Shown one piece after another: positions 23,040 through 36,600 of a stretch of DNA of 64,000 nt (position 1 is the first letter of the stretch; each line of letters starts with the position of its first letter). The translations under genes and the position numbers were made by a program. The stretch comes from the human T2T-CHM13v2.0 reference genome, Homo sapiens. Below the pieces are notes generated by a model, which saw only the letters and a list, made by a program, of their open reading frames with translations, was not told the DNA's origin and made no database searches. The DNA is taken from NCBI RefSeq assembly GCF_009914755.1, contig NC_060943.1. One strand, written 5' to 3'.

Positions 23040-26000
23040 ACAGAGCAGACTTGAAACACTCTTTTTGTGGAATTTGCAAGTGGAGATTTCAGCCGCTTTG
23101 AGGTCAATGCTAGAAAAGGAAATATCTTCGTATAAAACCTATACAGAATGATTCTCAGAAACTCCTTTGTGATGTGTGCGTTCAACTCACAGAGTTTAAC
23201 CTTTCTTTTCATAGAGCAGTTAGGAAACACTCTGTTTGTAAAGTCTGCAAGTGGATATTCAGACCTCCTTGAGGCCTTCGTTGGAAACGGGATTTCTTCA
23301 TATTCTGCTAGACAGAAGAATTCTCAGTAACTTCCTTGTGTTGTGTGTATTCAACTCACAGAGTTGAACGATCCTTTACACAGAGCAGACTTGAAACACT
23401 CTTTTTGTGGAATTTGCAAGTGGAGACTTCAGCCGCTTTGAGGTCAATGTTAGAATAGGAAATATCTTCCTATAGAAACCAGACAGAATGACTCTCAGAA
23501 ACTCCTTTGTGATGTGTGCGTTCAACTCACAGAGTTTAACCTTTCTTTTCATAGAGCAGTTAGGAAACACTCTGTTTGTAAAGTCTGCAAGTGGATATTC
23601 AGACATCTTTGAGGCTTTCGTTGGAAACGGGATTTCTTCATATTCTGCTAGACAGAAGAATTCTCAGAAACTTCCTTGTGTTGTGTGTTTTCAACTCACA
23701 GAGTTGAACGATCCTTTACACAGAGCAGACTTGAAACACTCTTTTTGTGGAATTTGCAAGTGGAGGTTTCATCCGCTTTGAGGTCAATGTTAGAATAGGA
23801 AATATCTTCCTATAGAAACTATACAGAATGATTCTCAGAAAATCCTTTGTGATGTGTGCGTTCAACTCAGAGAGTTTAACCTTTCTTTCATAGAGCAGTT
23901 AGGAAACACTCTGTTTGTAAAGTCTGCAAGTGGATATTCAGACCTCTTTGAGGCCTTCGTTGGAAACGGGATTTCTTCATATTCTGCTAGAGAGAAGAAT
24001 TCTCAGTAACTTCCTTGTGTTGTGTGTATTCAACTCACAGAGTTCAACGATCCTTTACACAGAGCAGACTTGAAACACTCTTTTTGTGGAATTTGCAAGT
24101 GGAGATTTCAGCTGATTTGATGTCTATGGTAGAAAAGGAAATATCTTCGTATAAAAACTAGACAGAATGATTCTCAGAAACTCCTTTGTGATGTGTGCGT
24201 TCAACTCACAGAGTTTAACCTTTCTTTTTATAGAGCAGTTAGGAAACACTCTGTTTGTAAAGTCTGCAAGTGGATATTCAGACCTCCTTGAGGCCTTTGT
24301 AGGAAACGGGATTTCTCCATATTTTGCTAGACAGAAGAATTCTCAGTAACTTCCTTGTGTTGTGTGTATTCAACTCACAGATTTGAACGATCCTTTACAC
24401 AGAGCATACTTGAAATACTCTTCTTGTGGAATTTGCAAGTGGAGATTTCAGCCGCTTTGAGGTCAATGTTAGAATAGGAAATATCTTCCTATACAAACTA
24501 GACAGAATGACTCTCAGAAACTCCTTTGTGATGTGTGCGTTCAACTCACAGAGTTTAACCTTTCTTTTCATAGAGCAGTTAGGAAACACTCTGTTTGTAA
24601 AGTCTGCAAGTGGATATTCAGACCTCCTTGTGGCCTTCTTTGGAAACGGGATTTCTTCATATTCTGCTAGAGAGAAGAATTCTCAGTAACTTCCTTGTGT
24701 TGTGTGTATTCAACTCACAGAGTTCAACGATCCTTTACACAGAGCAGACTTGAAACACTCTTTTTGTGGAATTTGCAAGTGGAGATTTCAGCTGATTTGA
24801 TGTCTATGGTAGAAAAGGAAATATCTTCGTATAAAAACTAGACAGAATGATTCTCAGAAACTCCTTTGTGATGTGTGCGTTCAACTCACAGAGTTTAACC
24901 TTTCTTTTTATAGAGCAGTTAGGAAACACTCTGTTTGTAAAGTCTGCAAGTGGATATTCAGACCTCCTTGAGGCCTTTGTTGGAAACGGGATTTCTCCAT
25001 ATTTTGCTAGACAGAAGAATTCTCAGTAACTTCCTTGTGTTGTGTGTATTCAACTCACAGATTTGAACGATCCTTTACACAGAGCATACTTGAAATACTC
25101 TTCTTGTGGAATTTGCAAGTGGAGATTTCAGCCGCTTTGAGGTCAATGTTAGAATAGGAAATATCTTCCTATACAAACTAGACAGAATGACTCTCAGAAA
25201 CTCCTTTGTGATGTGTGCGTTCAACTCACAGAGTTTAACCTTTCTTTTCATAGAGCAGTTAGGAAACACTCTGTTTGTAAAGTCTGCAAGTGGATATTCA
25301 GACCTCCTTGTGGCCTTCTTTGGAAACGGGATTTCTCCATATTATGCTAGACAGAAGAATTCTCAGTAACTTCCTTGTGTTGTGTGTATTCAACTCACAG
25401 AGTTGAACGATCCTTTACACAGAGCAGACTTGAAACACTCTTTTTGTGGAATTTGCAAGTGGAGATTTCAGCCGCTTTGAGGTCAATGGTAGAAAAGGAA
25501 ATATCTTCGTATAAAAACTAGACACAATGATTCTCAGAAACTCCTTTGTGATGTGTGAGTTCAACTCACAGAGTTTAACCTTTCTTTTCATAGAGTAGTT
25601 AGGAAACACTCTGTTTGAAAAGTCTGCAAGTGGATATTCAGACCTCTTTGAGGCCTTCGTTGGAAACGGGATTTCTTCATATTAGGCTAGACAGAAGAAT
25701 TCTCAGTAACTTCCTTGTGTTGTGTGTATTCAACTCACAGAGTTGAACGATCCTTTACACAGAGCAGACTTGAAACACTCTTTTTGTGGAATTTGCAAGT
25801 GGAGATTTCAGCCACTTTGAGGTCAATGGTAGAATAGGAAATATCTTCCCATAGAAACTAGACAGAATGATTCTCACAAACTCCTTTGTGATGTGTGCGT
25901 TCAACTCACAGAGTTAAACCTTTCTTTTCAGAGAGCAGTTAGGAAACACTCTGTTTGTAAAGTCTGCAAGTGGATATTCAGACCTCCTTGAGGCCTTCGT

Positions 26001-28740
26001 TGGAAAGGGGATTTCTTCATATTATGCTAGACAGAAGAATTCTCAGAAACTTCCTTGTGTTGTGTGTATTCAACTCACAGAGTTCAACGAACCTTTACAC
26101 AGAGCAGACTTGAAACACTCTTTTTGTGGAATTTGCAAGTGGAGATTTCAGCCGCTTTGAGGTCAATGCTAGAAAAGGAAATATCTTCGTATAAAACCTA
26201 TACAGAATGATTCTCAGAAACTCCTTTGTGATGTGTGCGTTCAACTCACAGAGTTTAACCTTTCTTTTCATAGAGCAGTTAGGAAACACTCTGTTTGTAA
26301 AGTCTGCAAGTGGATATTCAGACCTCCTTGAGGCCTTCGTTGGAAACGGGATTTCTTCATATTCTGCTAGACAGAAGAATTCTCAGTAACTTCCTTGTGT
26401 TGTGTGTATTCAACTCACAGAGTTGAACGATCCTTTACACAGAGCAGACTTGAAACACTCTTTTTGTGGAATTTGCAAGTGGAGACTTCAGCCGCTTTGA
26501 GGTCAATGTTAGAATAGGAAATATCTTCCTATAGAAACCAGACAGAATGACTCTCAGAAACTCCTTTGTGATGTGTGCGTTCAACTCACAGAGTTTAACC
26601 TTTCTTTTCATAGAGCAGTTAGGAAACACTCTGTTTGTAAAGTCTGCAAGTGGATATTCAGACATCTTTGAGGCTTTCGTTGGAAACGGGATTTCTTCAT
26701 ATTCTGCTAGACAGAAGAATTCTCAGAAACTTCCTTGTGTTGTGTGTTTTCAACTCACAGAGTTGAACGATCCTTTACACAGAGCAGACTTGAAACACTC
26801 TTTTTGTGGAATTTGCAAGTGGAGGTTTCATCCGCTTTGAGGTCAATGTTAGAATAGGAAATATCTTCCTATAGAAACTATACAGAATGATTCTCAGAAA
26901 ATCCTTTGTGATGTGTGCGTTCAACTCAGAGAGTTTAACCTTTCTTTCATAGAGCAGTTAGGAAACACTCTGTTTGTAAAGTCTGCAAGTGGATATTCAG
27001 ACCTCTTTGAGGCCTTCGTTGGAAACGGGATTTCTTCATATTCTGCTAGAGAGAAGAATTCTCAGTAACTTCCTTGTGTTGTGTGTATTCAACTCACAGA
27101 GTTCAACGATCCTTTACACAGAGCAGACTTGAAACACTCTTTTTGTGGAATTTGCAAGTGGAGATTTCAGCTGATTTGATGTCTATGGTAGAAAAGGAAA
27201 TATCTTCGTATAAAAACTAGACAGAATGATTCTCAGAAACTCCTTTGTGATGTGTGCGTTCAACTCACAGAGTTTAACCTTTCTTTTTATAGAGCAGTTA
27301 GGAAACACTCTGTTTGTAAAGTCTGCAAGTGGATATTCAGACCTCCTTGAGGCCTTTGTAGGAAACGGGATTTCTCCATATTTTGCTAGACAGAAGAATT
27401 CTCAGTAACTTCCTTGTGTTGTGTGTATTCAACTCACAGATTTGAACGATCCTTTACACAGAGCATACTTGAAATACTCTTCTTGTGGAATTTGCAAGTG
27501 GAGATTTCAGCCGCTTTGAGGTCAATGTTAGAATAGGAAATATCTTCCTATACAAACTAGACAGAATGACTCTCAGAAACTCCTTTGTGATGTGTGCGTT
27601 CAACTCACAGAGTTTAACCTTTCTTTTCATAGAGCAGTTAGGAAACACTCTGTTTGTAAAGTCTGCAAGTGGATATTCAGACCTCCTTGTGGCCTTCTTT
27701 GGAAACGGGATTTCTTCATATTCTGCTAGAGAGAAGAATTCTCAGTAACTTCCTTGTGTTGTGTGTATTCAACTCACAGAGTTCAACGATCCTTTACACA
27801 GAGCAGACTTGAAACACTCTTTTTGTGGAATTTGCAAGTGGAGATTTCAGCTGATTTGATGTCTATGGTAGAAAAGGAAATATCTTCGTATAAAAACTAG
27901 ACAGAATGATTCTCAGAAACTCCTTTGTGATGTGTGCGTTCAACTCACAGAGTTTAACCTTTCTTTTTATAGAGCAGTTAGGAAACACTCTGTTTGTAAA
28001 GTCTGCAAGTGGATATTCAGACCTCCTTGAGGCCTTTGTTGGAAACGGGATTTCTCCATATTTTGCTAGACAGAAGAATTCTCAGTAACTTCCTTGTGTT
28101 GTGTGTATTCAACTCACAGATTTGAACGATCCTTTACACAGAGCATACTTGAAATACTCTTCTTGTGGAATTTGCAAGTGGAGATTTCAGCCGCTTTGAG
28201 GTCAATGTTAGAATAGGAAATATCTTCCTATACAAACTAGACAGAATGACTCTCAGAAACTCCTTTGTGATGTGTGCGTTCAACTCACAGAGTTTAACCT
28301 TTCTTTTCATAGAGCAGTTAGGAAACACTCTGTTTGTAAAGTCTGCAAGTGGATATTCAGACCTCCTTGTGGCCTTCTTTGGAAACGGGATTTCTCCATA
28401 TTATGCTAGACAGAAGAATTCTCAGTAACTTCCTTGTGTTGTGTGTATTCAACTCACAGAGTTGAACGATCCTTTACACAGAGCAGACTTGAAACACTCT
28501 TTTTGTGGAATTTGCAAGTGGAGATTTCAGCCGCTTTGAGGTCAATGGTAGAAAAGGAAATATCTTCGTATAAAAACTAGACACAATGATTCTCAGAAAC
28601 TCCTTTGTGATGTGTGAGTTCAACTCACAGAGTTTAACCTTTCTTTTCATAGAGTAGTTAGGAAACACTCTGTTTGAAAAGTCTGCAAGTGGATATTCAG
28701 ACCTCTTTGAGGCCTTCGTTGGAAACGGGATTTCTTCATA
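23040..28740 (+). repeat. 3059 bp (18-monomer) tandem duplication containing an internal 680 bp duplication
   Basis: ORF offsets 23036->26095, 23488->26547, 25415->28474; internal offsets 24167->24847 and 27226->27906. A 1 bp deletion (CTTTCTTTCATAG) is shared at ~23888 and ~26947. Confidence 0.93.
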
Positions 28741-30614
28741 TTATGCTAGACAGAAGAATTCTCAGTAACTTCCTTGTGTTGTGTGTATTCAACTCACAGA
28801 GTTGAACGATCCTTTACACAGAGCAGACTTGAAACACTCTTCTTGTGGAATTTGCAAGTGGAGATTTCAGCCGCTTTGAGGTCAATGGTAGAATAGGAAA
28901 TATCTTCCTATAGAAACTAGACAGAATGATTCTCAGAAACTCCTTTGTGATGTGTGTGTTCAACTCACAGAATTTAACCTTTCTTTTCATAGAGCAGTTA
29001 GGAAACACTCTGTTTGTAAAGTCTGCAAGTGGATATTCAGACCTCCTTGTGGCCTTCGTTGGAAATGGGATTTCTTCATATTATGCGAGACAGAAGAATT
29101 CTCAGTAACTTCCTTGTGTTGAGTGTATTCAACTCACAGAGTTGAACGATCCTTTACACAGAGCAGACTTGAAACACTCTTTTTGTGGAATTTGCAAGTG
29201 GAGATTTCAGCCACTTTGAGGTCAATGGTAGAATAGGAAATATCTTCCCATAGAAACTAGACAGAATGATTCTCACAAACTCCTTTGTGATGTGTGCGTT
29301 CAACTCACAGAGTTAAACCTTTCTTTTCAGAGAGCAGTTAGGAAACACTCTGTTTGTAAAGTCTGCAAGTGGATATTCAGACCTCCTTGAGGCCTTCGTT
29401 GGAAAGGGGATTTCTTCATATTATGCTAGACAGAAGAATTCTCAGAAACTTCCTTGTGTTGTGTGTATTCAACTCACAGAGTTCAACGAACCTTTACACA
29501 GAGCAGACTTGAAACACTCTTTTTGTGGAATTTGCAAGTGGAGATTTCAGCCGCTTTGAGGTCAATGGTAGAAAAGGAAATATCTTCCTATAAAAACTAG
29601 ACAGAATGATTCTCAGAAACTCCTTTGTGATGTGTGCGTTCAACTCACAGAGTTTAACCTTTCTTTTCATAGAGCAGTTAGAAAACACTCTGTTTGTAAA
29701 GTCTGCAAGTGGATATTCAGACCTCTTTGAGGCCTTCCTTGGAAACGGGATTTCTCCATACTCTGCTAGACAGAAGAATTCTCAGTAACTTCCTTGTGTT
29801 GTGTGTATTCAACTCACAGAGTTGAACGATCCTTTACAAAGAGCAGACTTGAAACACTCTTTTAGTGGAATTTGCAAGTGGAGGTTTCAGCCTCTTTGAG
29901 GTCAATGGTAGAATAGGAAATATCTTCCTATAGAAACTAGACAGAATGATTCTCACAAACTCCTTTGTGATGTGTGCGTTCAACTCACAGAGTTTAACCT
30001 TTCTTTTCATAGAGCAGTTAGGAAACACACTGTTTGTAAAGTCTGCAAGTGGATATTCTGACCTCCTTGAGGCCTTCGGTGGAAACGGGATTTCTTCATA
30101 TTCTGCTAGACAGAAGAATTCTCAGTAACTTCCTTGTGTTGTGTGTATTCAACTCAAAGAGTTGAACGACACTTTACACAGAGCAGACTTGAAACACTCT
30201 TTTTGTGGAATTTGCAAGTGGAGATTTCAGCCGCTTTGAGGTCAATGGTAGGATAGGAAATATCTTCCTATAGAAACTAGACAGAATGATTCTCACAAAC
30301 TCCTTTGTGATGTGTGCGTTCAACTCACAGAGTTAAACCTTTCTTTTCATAGAGCAGTTAGGAAACACTCTGTTTGTAAAGTCTGCAAGTGGATATTCAG
30401 ACCTCCTTGAGGCCTTCGTTGGAAAGGGGATTTCTTCATATTATGCTAGACAGAAGAATTCTCAGAAACTTCCTTGTGTTGTGTGTATTCAACTCACAGA
30501 GTTCAACGAACCTTTACACAGAGCAGACTTGAAACACTCTTTTTGTGGAATTTGCAAGTGGAGATTTCAGCCGCTTTGAGGTCAATGGTAGAAAAGGAAA
30601 TATCTTCGTATAAA

Positions 30615-33600
30615 AACTAGACAGAATGATTCTCAGAAACTCCTTTGTGATGTGTGCGTTCAACTCACAGAGTTTAACCTTTCTTTTCATAGAGCAGTTA
30701 GAAAACACTCTGTTTGTAAAGTCTGCAAGTGGATATTCAGACCTCTTTGAGGCCTTCCTTGGAAACGGGATTTCTCCATACTCTGCTAGACAGAAGAATT
30801 CTCAGTAACTTCCTTGTGTTCTGTGTATTCAACTCACAGAGTTGAACGATCCTTTACACAGAGCAGACTTGAAACACTCTTTTAGTGGAATTTGCAAGTG
30901 GAGATTTCAGCCTCTTTGAGGTCAATGGTAGAATAGGAAATATCTTCCTATAGAAACTAGACAGAATGATTCTCACAAACTCCTTTGTGATGTGTGCGTT
31001 CAACTCACAGAGTTTAACCTTTCTTTTCATAGACCAGTTAGGAAACACACTGTTTGTAAAGTCTGCAAGTGGATATTCAGACCTCCTTGAGGCCTTCGTT
31101 GGAAACGGGATTTCTTCATATTATGCGAGACAGAAGAATTCTCAGTAACTTCCTTGTGTTGAGTGTATTCAACTCACAGAGTTGAACGACCCTTTACACA
31201 GAGCAGACTTGAAACACTCTTTTTGTGGAATTTGCAAGTGGAGATTTCAGCCGCTTTGAGGTCAATGGTAGAATAGGAAATATCTTCCCATAGAAACTAG
31301 ACAGAATGATTCTCACAAACTCCTTTGTGATGTGTGCGTTCAACTCACAGAGTTAAACCTTTCTTTTCATAGAGCAGTTAGAAAACACTCTGTTTGTAAA
31401 GTCTGCAAGTGGATATTCAGACCTCTTTGAGGCCTTCCTTGGAAACGGGATTTCTCCATACTCTGCTAGACAGAAGAATTCTCAGTAACTTCCTTGTGTT
31501 GTGTGTATTCACCTCACAGATTTGAACGATCCTTTACAAAGAGCAGACTTGAAACACTCTTTTAGTGGAATTTGCAAGTGGAGGTTTCAGCCTCTTTGAG
31601 GTCAATGGTAGAATAGGAAATATCTTCCTATAGAAACTAGACAGAATGATTCTCACAAACTCCTTTGTGATGTGTGCGTTCAACTCACAGAGTTTAACCT
31701 TTGTTTACATAGAGCAGTTAGGAAACACACTGTTTGTAAAGTCTGCAAGTGGATATTCTGACCTCCTTGAGGCCTTCGGTGGAAACGGGATTTCTTCATA
31801 TTCTGCTAGACAGAAGAATTCTCAGTAACTTCCTTGTGTTGTGTGTATTCAACTCAAAGAGTTGAACGACACTTTACACAGAGCAGACTTGAAACACTCT
31901 TTTTGTGGAATTTGCAATTGGAGATTTCAGCCGCTTTGAGGTCAATGGTAGGATAGGAAATATCTTCCTATAGAAACTAGACAGAATGATTCTCACAAAC
32001 TCCTTTGTGATGTGTGCGTTCAACTCACAGAGTTAAACCTTTCTTTTCATAGAGCAGTTAGGAAACACTCTGTTTGTAAAGTCTGCAAGTGGATATTCAG
32101 ACCTCCTTGAGGCCTTCGTTGGAAAGGGGATTTCTTCATATTATGCTAGACAGAAGAATTCTCAGAAACTTCCTTGTGTTGTGTGTATTCAACTCACAGA
32201 GTTCAACGAACCTTTACACAGAGCAGACTTGAAACACTCTTTTTGTGGAATTTGCAAGTGGAGATTTCAGCCGCTTTGAGGTCAATGGTAGAAAAGGAAA
32301 TATCTTCGTATAAAAAGTAGACAGAATGATTCTCAGAAACTCCTTTGTGATGTGTGCGTTCAACTCACAGAGTTTAACCTTTCTTTTCATAGAGCAGTTA
32401 GGAAACACTCTGTTTGTAAAGTCTGCAAGTGGATATTCAGACCTCCTTGAGGCCTTCGTTGGAAACGGGATTTCTTCATATTATGCTAGACAGAAGAATT
32501 CTCAGTAACTTCCTTGTGTTGTGTGTATTCAACTCACAGAGTTCAACGATCCTTTACACAGAGCAGACTTGAAACACTCTTTTTGTGGAATTTGCAAGTG
32601 GAGATTTCAGCCGCTTTGAGGTCAATGGTAGAATAGGAAATATCTTCCTATAGAAACTAGACAGAATGATTCTCAGAAACTCCTTTGTGATGTGTGCGTT
32701 CAACTCACAGAGTTAAACCTTTCTTTTCATAGAGCAGTTAGGAAACACTCTGTTTGTAAAGTCTGCAAGTGGATATTCAGACCTCCTTGAGGCCTTCGTT
32801 GGAAAGGGGATTTCTTCATATTATGCTAGACAGAAGAATTCTCAGAAACTTCCTTGTGTTGTGTGTATTCAACTCACAGAGTTCAACGAACCTTTACACA
32901 GAGCAGACTTGAAACACTCTTTTTGTGGAATTTGCAAGTGGAGATTTCAGCCGCTTTGAGGTCAATGGTAGAAAAGGAAATATCTTCCTATAAAAACTAG
33001 ACAGAATGATTCTCAGAAACTCCTTTGTGATGTGTGCGTTCAACTCACAGAGTTTAACCTTTCTTTTCGTAGAGAAGTTAGGAAACACTCTGTTTGTAAA
33101 GTCTGCAAGTGGATATTCAGACCTCCTTGAGGCCTTCATTGGAAACGGGATTTCTTCATATTATGCTAGACAGAAGAATTCTCAGTAACTTCCTTGTGTT
33201 GTGTGTATTCAACTCACAGAGTTCAACGATTCTTTACACAGAGCACACTTGAAACACACTTTTTGTGGAATTTGCAAGTGGAGATTTCAGCCGCTTTGAG
33301 GTCAATGGTAGAATAGGAAATATCTTCCTATAGAAACTAGACAGAATGATTCTCAGAAACTCCTTTGTGATGTGTGCGTTCAACTCACAGAGTTTAACCT
33401 TTCTTTTCATAGAGCAGTTAGAAAACACTCTGTTTGTAAAGTCTGCAAGTGGATATTCAGACCTCTTTGAGGCCTTCCTTGGAAACGGGATTTCTCCATA
33501 CTCTGCTAGACAGAAGAATTCTCAGTAACTTCCTTGTGTTCTGTGTATTCAACTCACAGAGTTGAACGATCCTTTACACAGAGCAGACTTGAAACACTCT

Positions 33601-36279
33601 TTTAGTGGAATTTGCAAGTGGAGATTTCAGCCTCTTTGAGGTCAATGGTAGAATAGGAAATATCTTCCTATAGAAACTAGACAGAATGATTCTCACAAAC
33701 TCCTTTGTGATGTGTGCGTTCAACTCACAGAGTTTAACCTTTCTTTTCATAGACCAGTTAGGAAACACACTGTTTGTAAAGTCTGCAAGTGGATATTCAG
33801 ACCTCCTTGAGGCCTTCGTTGGAAACGGGATTTCTTCATATTATGCGAGACAGAAGAATTCTCAGTAACTTCCTTGTGTTGAGTGTATTCAACTCACAGA
33901 GTTGAACGACCCTTTACACAGAGCAGACTTGAAACACTCTTTTTGTGGAATTTGCAAGTGGAGATTTCAGCCGCTTTGAGGTCAATGGTAGAATAGGAAA
34001 TATCTTCCCATAGAAACTAGACAGAATGATTCTCACAAACTCCTTTGTGATGTGTGCGTTCAACTCACAGAGTTAAACCTTTCTTTTCATAGAGCAGTTA
34101 GAAAACACTCTGTTTGTAAAGTCTGCAAGTGGATATTCAGACCTCTTTGAGGCCTTCCTTGGAAACGGGATTTCTCCATACTCTGCTAGACAGAAGAATT
34201 CTCAGTAACTTCCTTGTGTTGTGTGTATTCACCTCACAGATTTGAACGATCCTTTACAAAGAGCAGACTTGAAACACTCTTTTAGTGGAATTTGCAAGTG
34301 GAGGTTTCAGCCTCTTTGAGGTCAATGGTAGAATAGGAAATATCTTCCTATAGAAACTAGACAGAATGATTCTCACAAACTCCTTTGTGATGTGTGCGTT
34401 CAACTCACAGAGTTTAACCTTTGTTTACATAGAGCAGTTAGGAAACACACTGTTTGTAAAGTCTGCAAGTGGATATTCTGACCTCCTTGAGGCCTTCGGT
34501 GGAAACGGGATTTCTTCATATTCTGCTAGACAGAAGAATTCTCAGTAACTTCCTTGTGTTGTGTGTATTCAACTCAAAGAGTTGAACGACACTTTACACA
34601 GAGCAGACTTGAAACACTCTTTTTGTGGAATTTGCAATTGGAGATTTCAGCCGCTTTGAGGTCAATGGTAGGATAGGAAATATCTTCCTATAGAAACTAG
34701 ACAGAATGATTCTCACAAACTCCTTTGTGATGTGTGCGTTCAACTCACAGAGTTAAACCTTTCTTTTCATAGAGCAGTTAGGAAACACTCTGTTTGTAAA
34801 GTCTGCAAGTGGATATTCAGACCTCCTTGAGGCCTTCGTTGGAAAGGGGATTTCTTCATATTATGCTAGACAGAAGAATTCTCAGAAACTTCCTTGTGTT
34901 GTGTGTATTCAACTCACAGAGTTCAACGAACCTTTACACAGAGCAGACTTGAAACACTCTTTTTGTGGAATTTGCAAGTGGAGATTTCAGCCGCTTTGAG
35001 GTCAATGGTAGAAAAGGAAATATCTTCGTATAAAAAGTAGACAGAATGATTCTCAGAAACTCCTTTGTGATGTGTGCGTTCAACTCACAGAGTTTAACCT
35101 TTCTTTTCATAGAGCAGTTAGGAAACACTCTGTTTGTAAAGTCTGCAAGTGGATATTCAGACCTCCTTGAGGCCTTCGTTGGAAACGGGATTTCTTCATA
35201 TTATGCTAGACAGAAGAATTCTCAGTAACTTCCTTGTGTTGTGTGTATTCAACTCACAGAGTTCAACGATCCTTTACACAGAGCAGACTTGAAACACTCT
35301 TTTTGTGGAATTTGCAAGTGGAGATTTCAGCCGCTTTGAGGTCAATGGTAGAATAGGAAATATCTTCCTATAGAAACTAGACAGAATGATTCTCAGAAAC
35401 TCCTTTGTGATGTGTGCGTTCAACTCACAGAGTTAAACCTTTCTTTTCATAGAGCAGTTAGGAAACACTCTGTTTGTAAAGTCTGCAAGTGGATATTCAG
35501 ACCTCCTTGAGGCCTTCGTTGGAAAGGGGATTTCTTCATATTATGCTAGACAGAAGAATTCTCAGAAACTTCCTTGTGTTGTGTGTATTCAACTCACAGA
35601 GTTCAACGAACCTTTACACAGAGCAGACTTGAAACACTCTTTTTGTGGAATTTGCAAGTGGAGATTTCAGCCGCTTTGAGGTCAATGGTAGAAAAGGAAA
35701 TATCTTCCTATAAAAACTAGACAGAATGATTCTCAGAAACTCCTTTGTGATGTGTGCGTTCAACTCACAGAGTTTAACCTTTCTTTTCGTAGAGAAGTTA
35801 GGAAACACTCTGTTTGTAAAGTCTGCAAGTGGATATTCAGACCTCCTTGAGGCCTTCATTGGAAACGGGATTTCTTCATATTATGCTAGACAGAAGAATT
35901 CTCAGTAACTTCCTTGTGTTGTGTGTATTCAACTCACAGAGTTCAACGATTCTTTACACAGAGCACACTTGAAACACACTTTTTGTGGAATTTGCAAGTG
36001 GAGATTTCAGCCGCTTTGAGGTCAATGGTAGAATAGGAAATATCTTCCTATAGAAACTAGACAGAATGATTCTCAGAAACTCCTTTGTGATGTGTGCGTT
36101 CAACTCACAGAGTTTAACCTTTCTTTTCATAGAGCAGTTAGAAAACACTCTGTTTGTAAAGTCTGCAAGTGGATATTCAGACCTCTTTGAGGCCTTCCTT
36201 GGAAACGGGATTTCTCCATACTCTGCTAGACAGAAGAATTCTCAGTAACTTCCTTGTGTTCTGTGTATTCAACTCACAG
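30615..36279 (+). repeat. 2720 bp (16-monomer) tandem duplication, about 2.1 copies
   Basis: ORF offsets 30854->33574, 31646->34366, 32894->35614 and 30626->33346->36066. Shared markers AGACCAGTTA, TTGTTTACAT, TTCGTAGAGAAG, GAGCACACTT. Confidence 0.95.
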
Positions 36280-36600
36280 GGTTGAACGATCCTTTACACA
36301 GAGCAGACTTGAAACACACTTTTAGTGGAATTTGCAAGTGGAGATTTCAGCCTCTTTGAGGTCAATGGTAGAATAGGAAATATCTTCTTATAGAAACTAC
36401 ACAGAATGATTCTCACAAACTCCTTTGTGATGTGTGCGTTCAACTCACAGAGTTTAACCTTTCTTTTCATAGAGCAGTTAGGAAACACACTGTTTGTTAA
36501 GTCTGCAAGTGGATATTCAGACCTCCTTGAGGCCTTCGTTGGAAACGGGATTTCTTCATATTATGCTAGACAGAATAATTCTCAGTAACTTCCTTGTGTT

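Larger units (their letters stand above)
22900..36600 (+). repeat. Pure 340 bp dimer domain (about 40 consecutive D-type dimers) built from nested duplications
   Basis: No B or C dimer markers occur between ~22860 and ~36610, and the period is a near-strict 340 bp. Confidence 0.93.
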
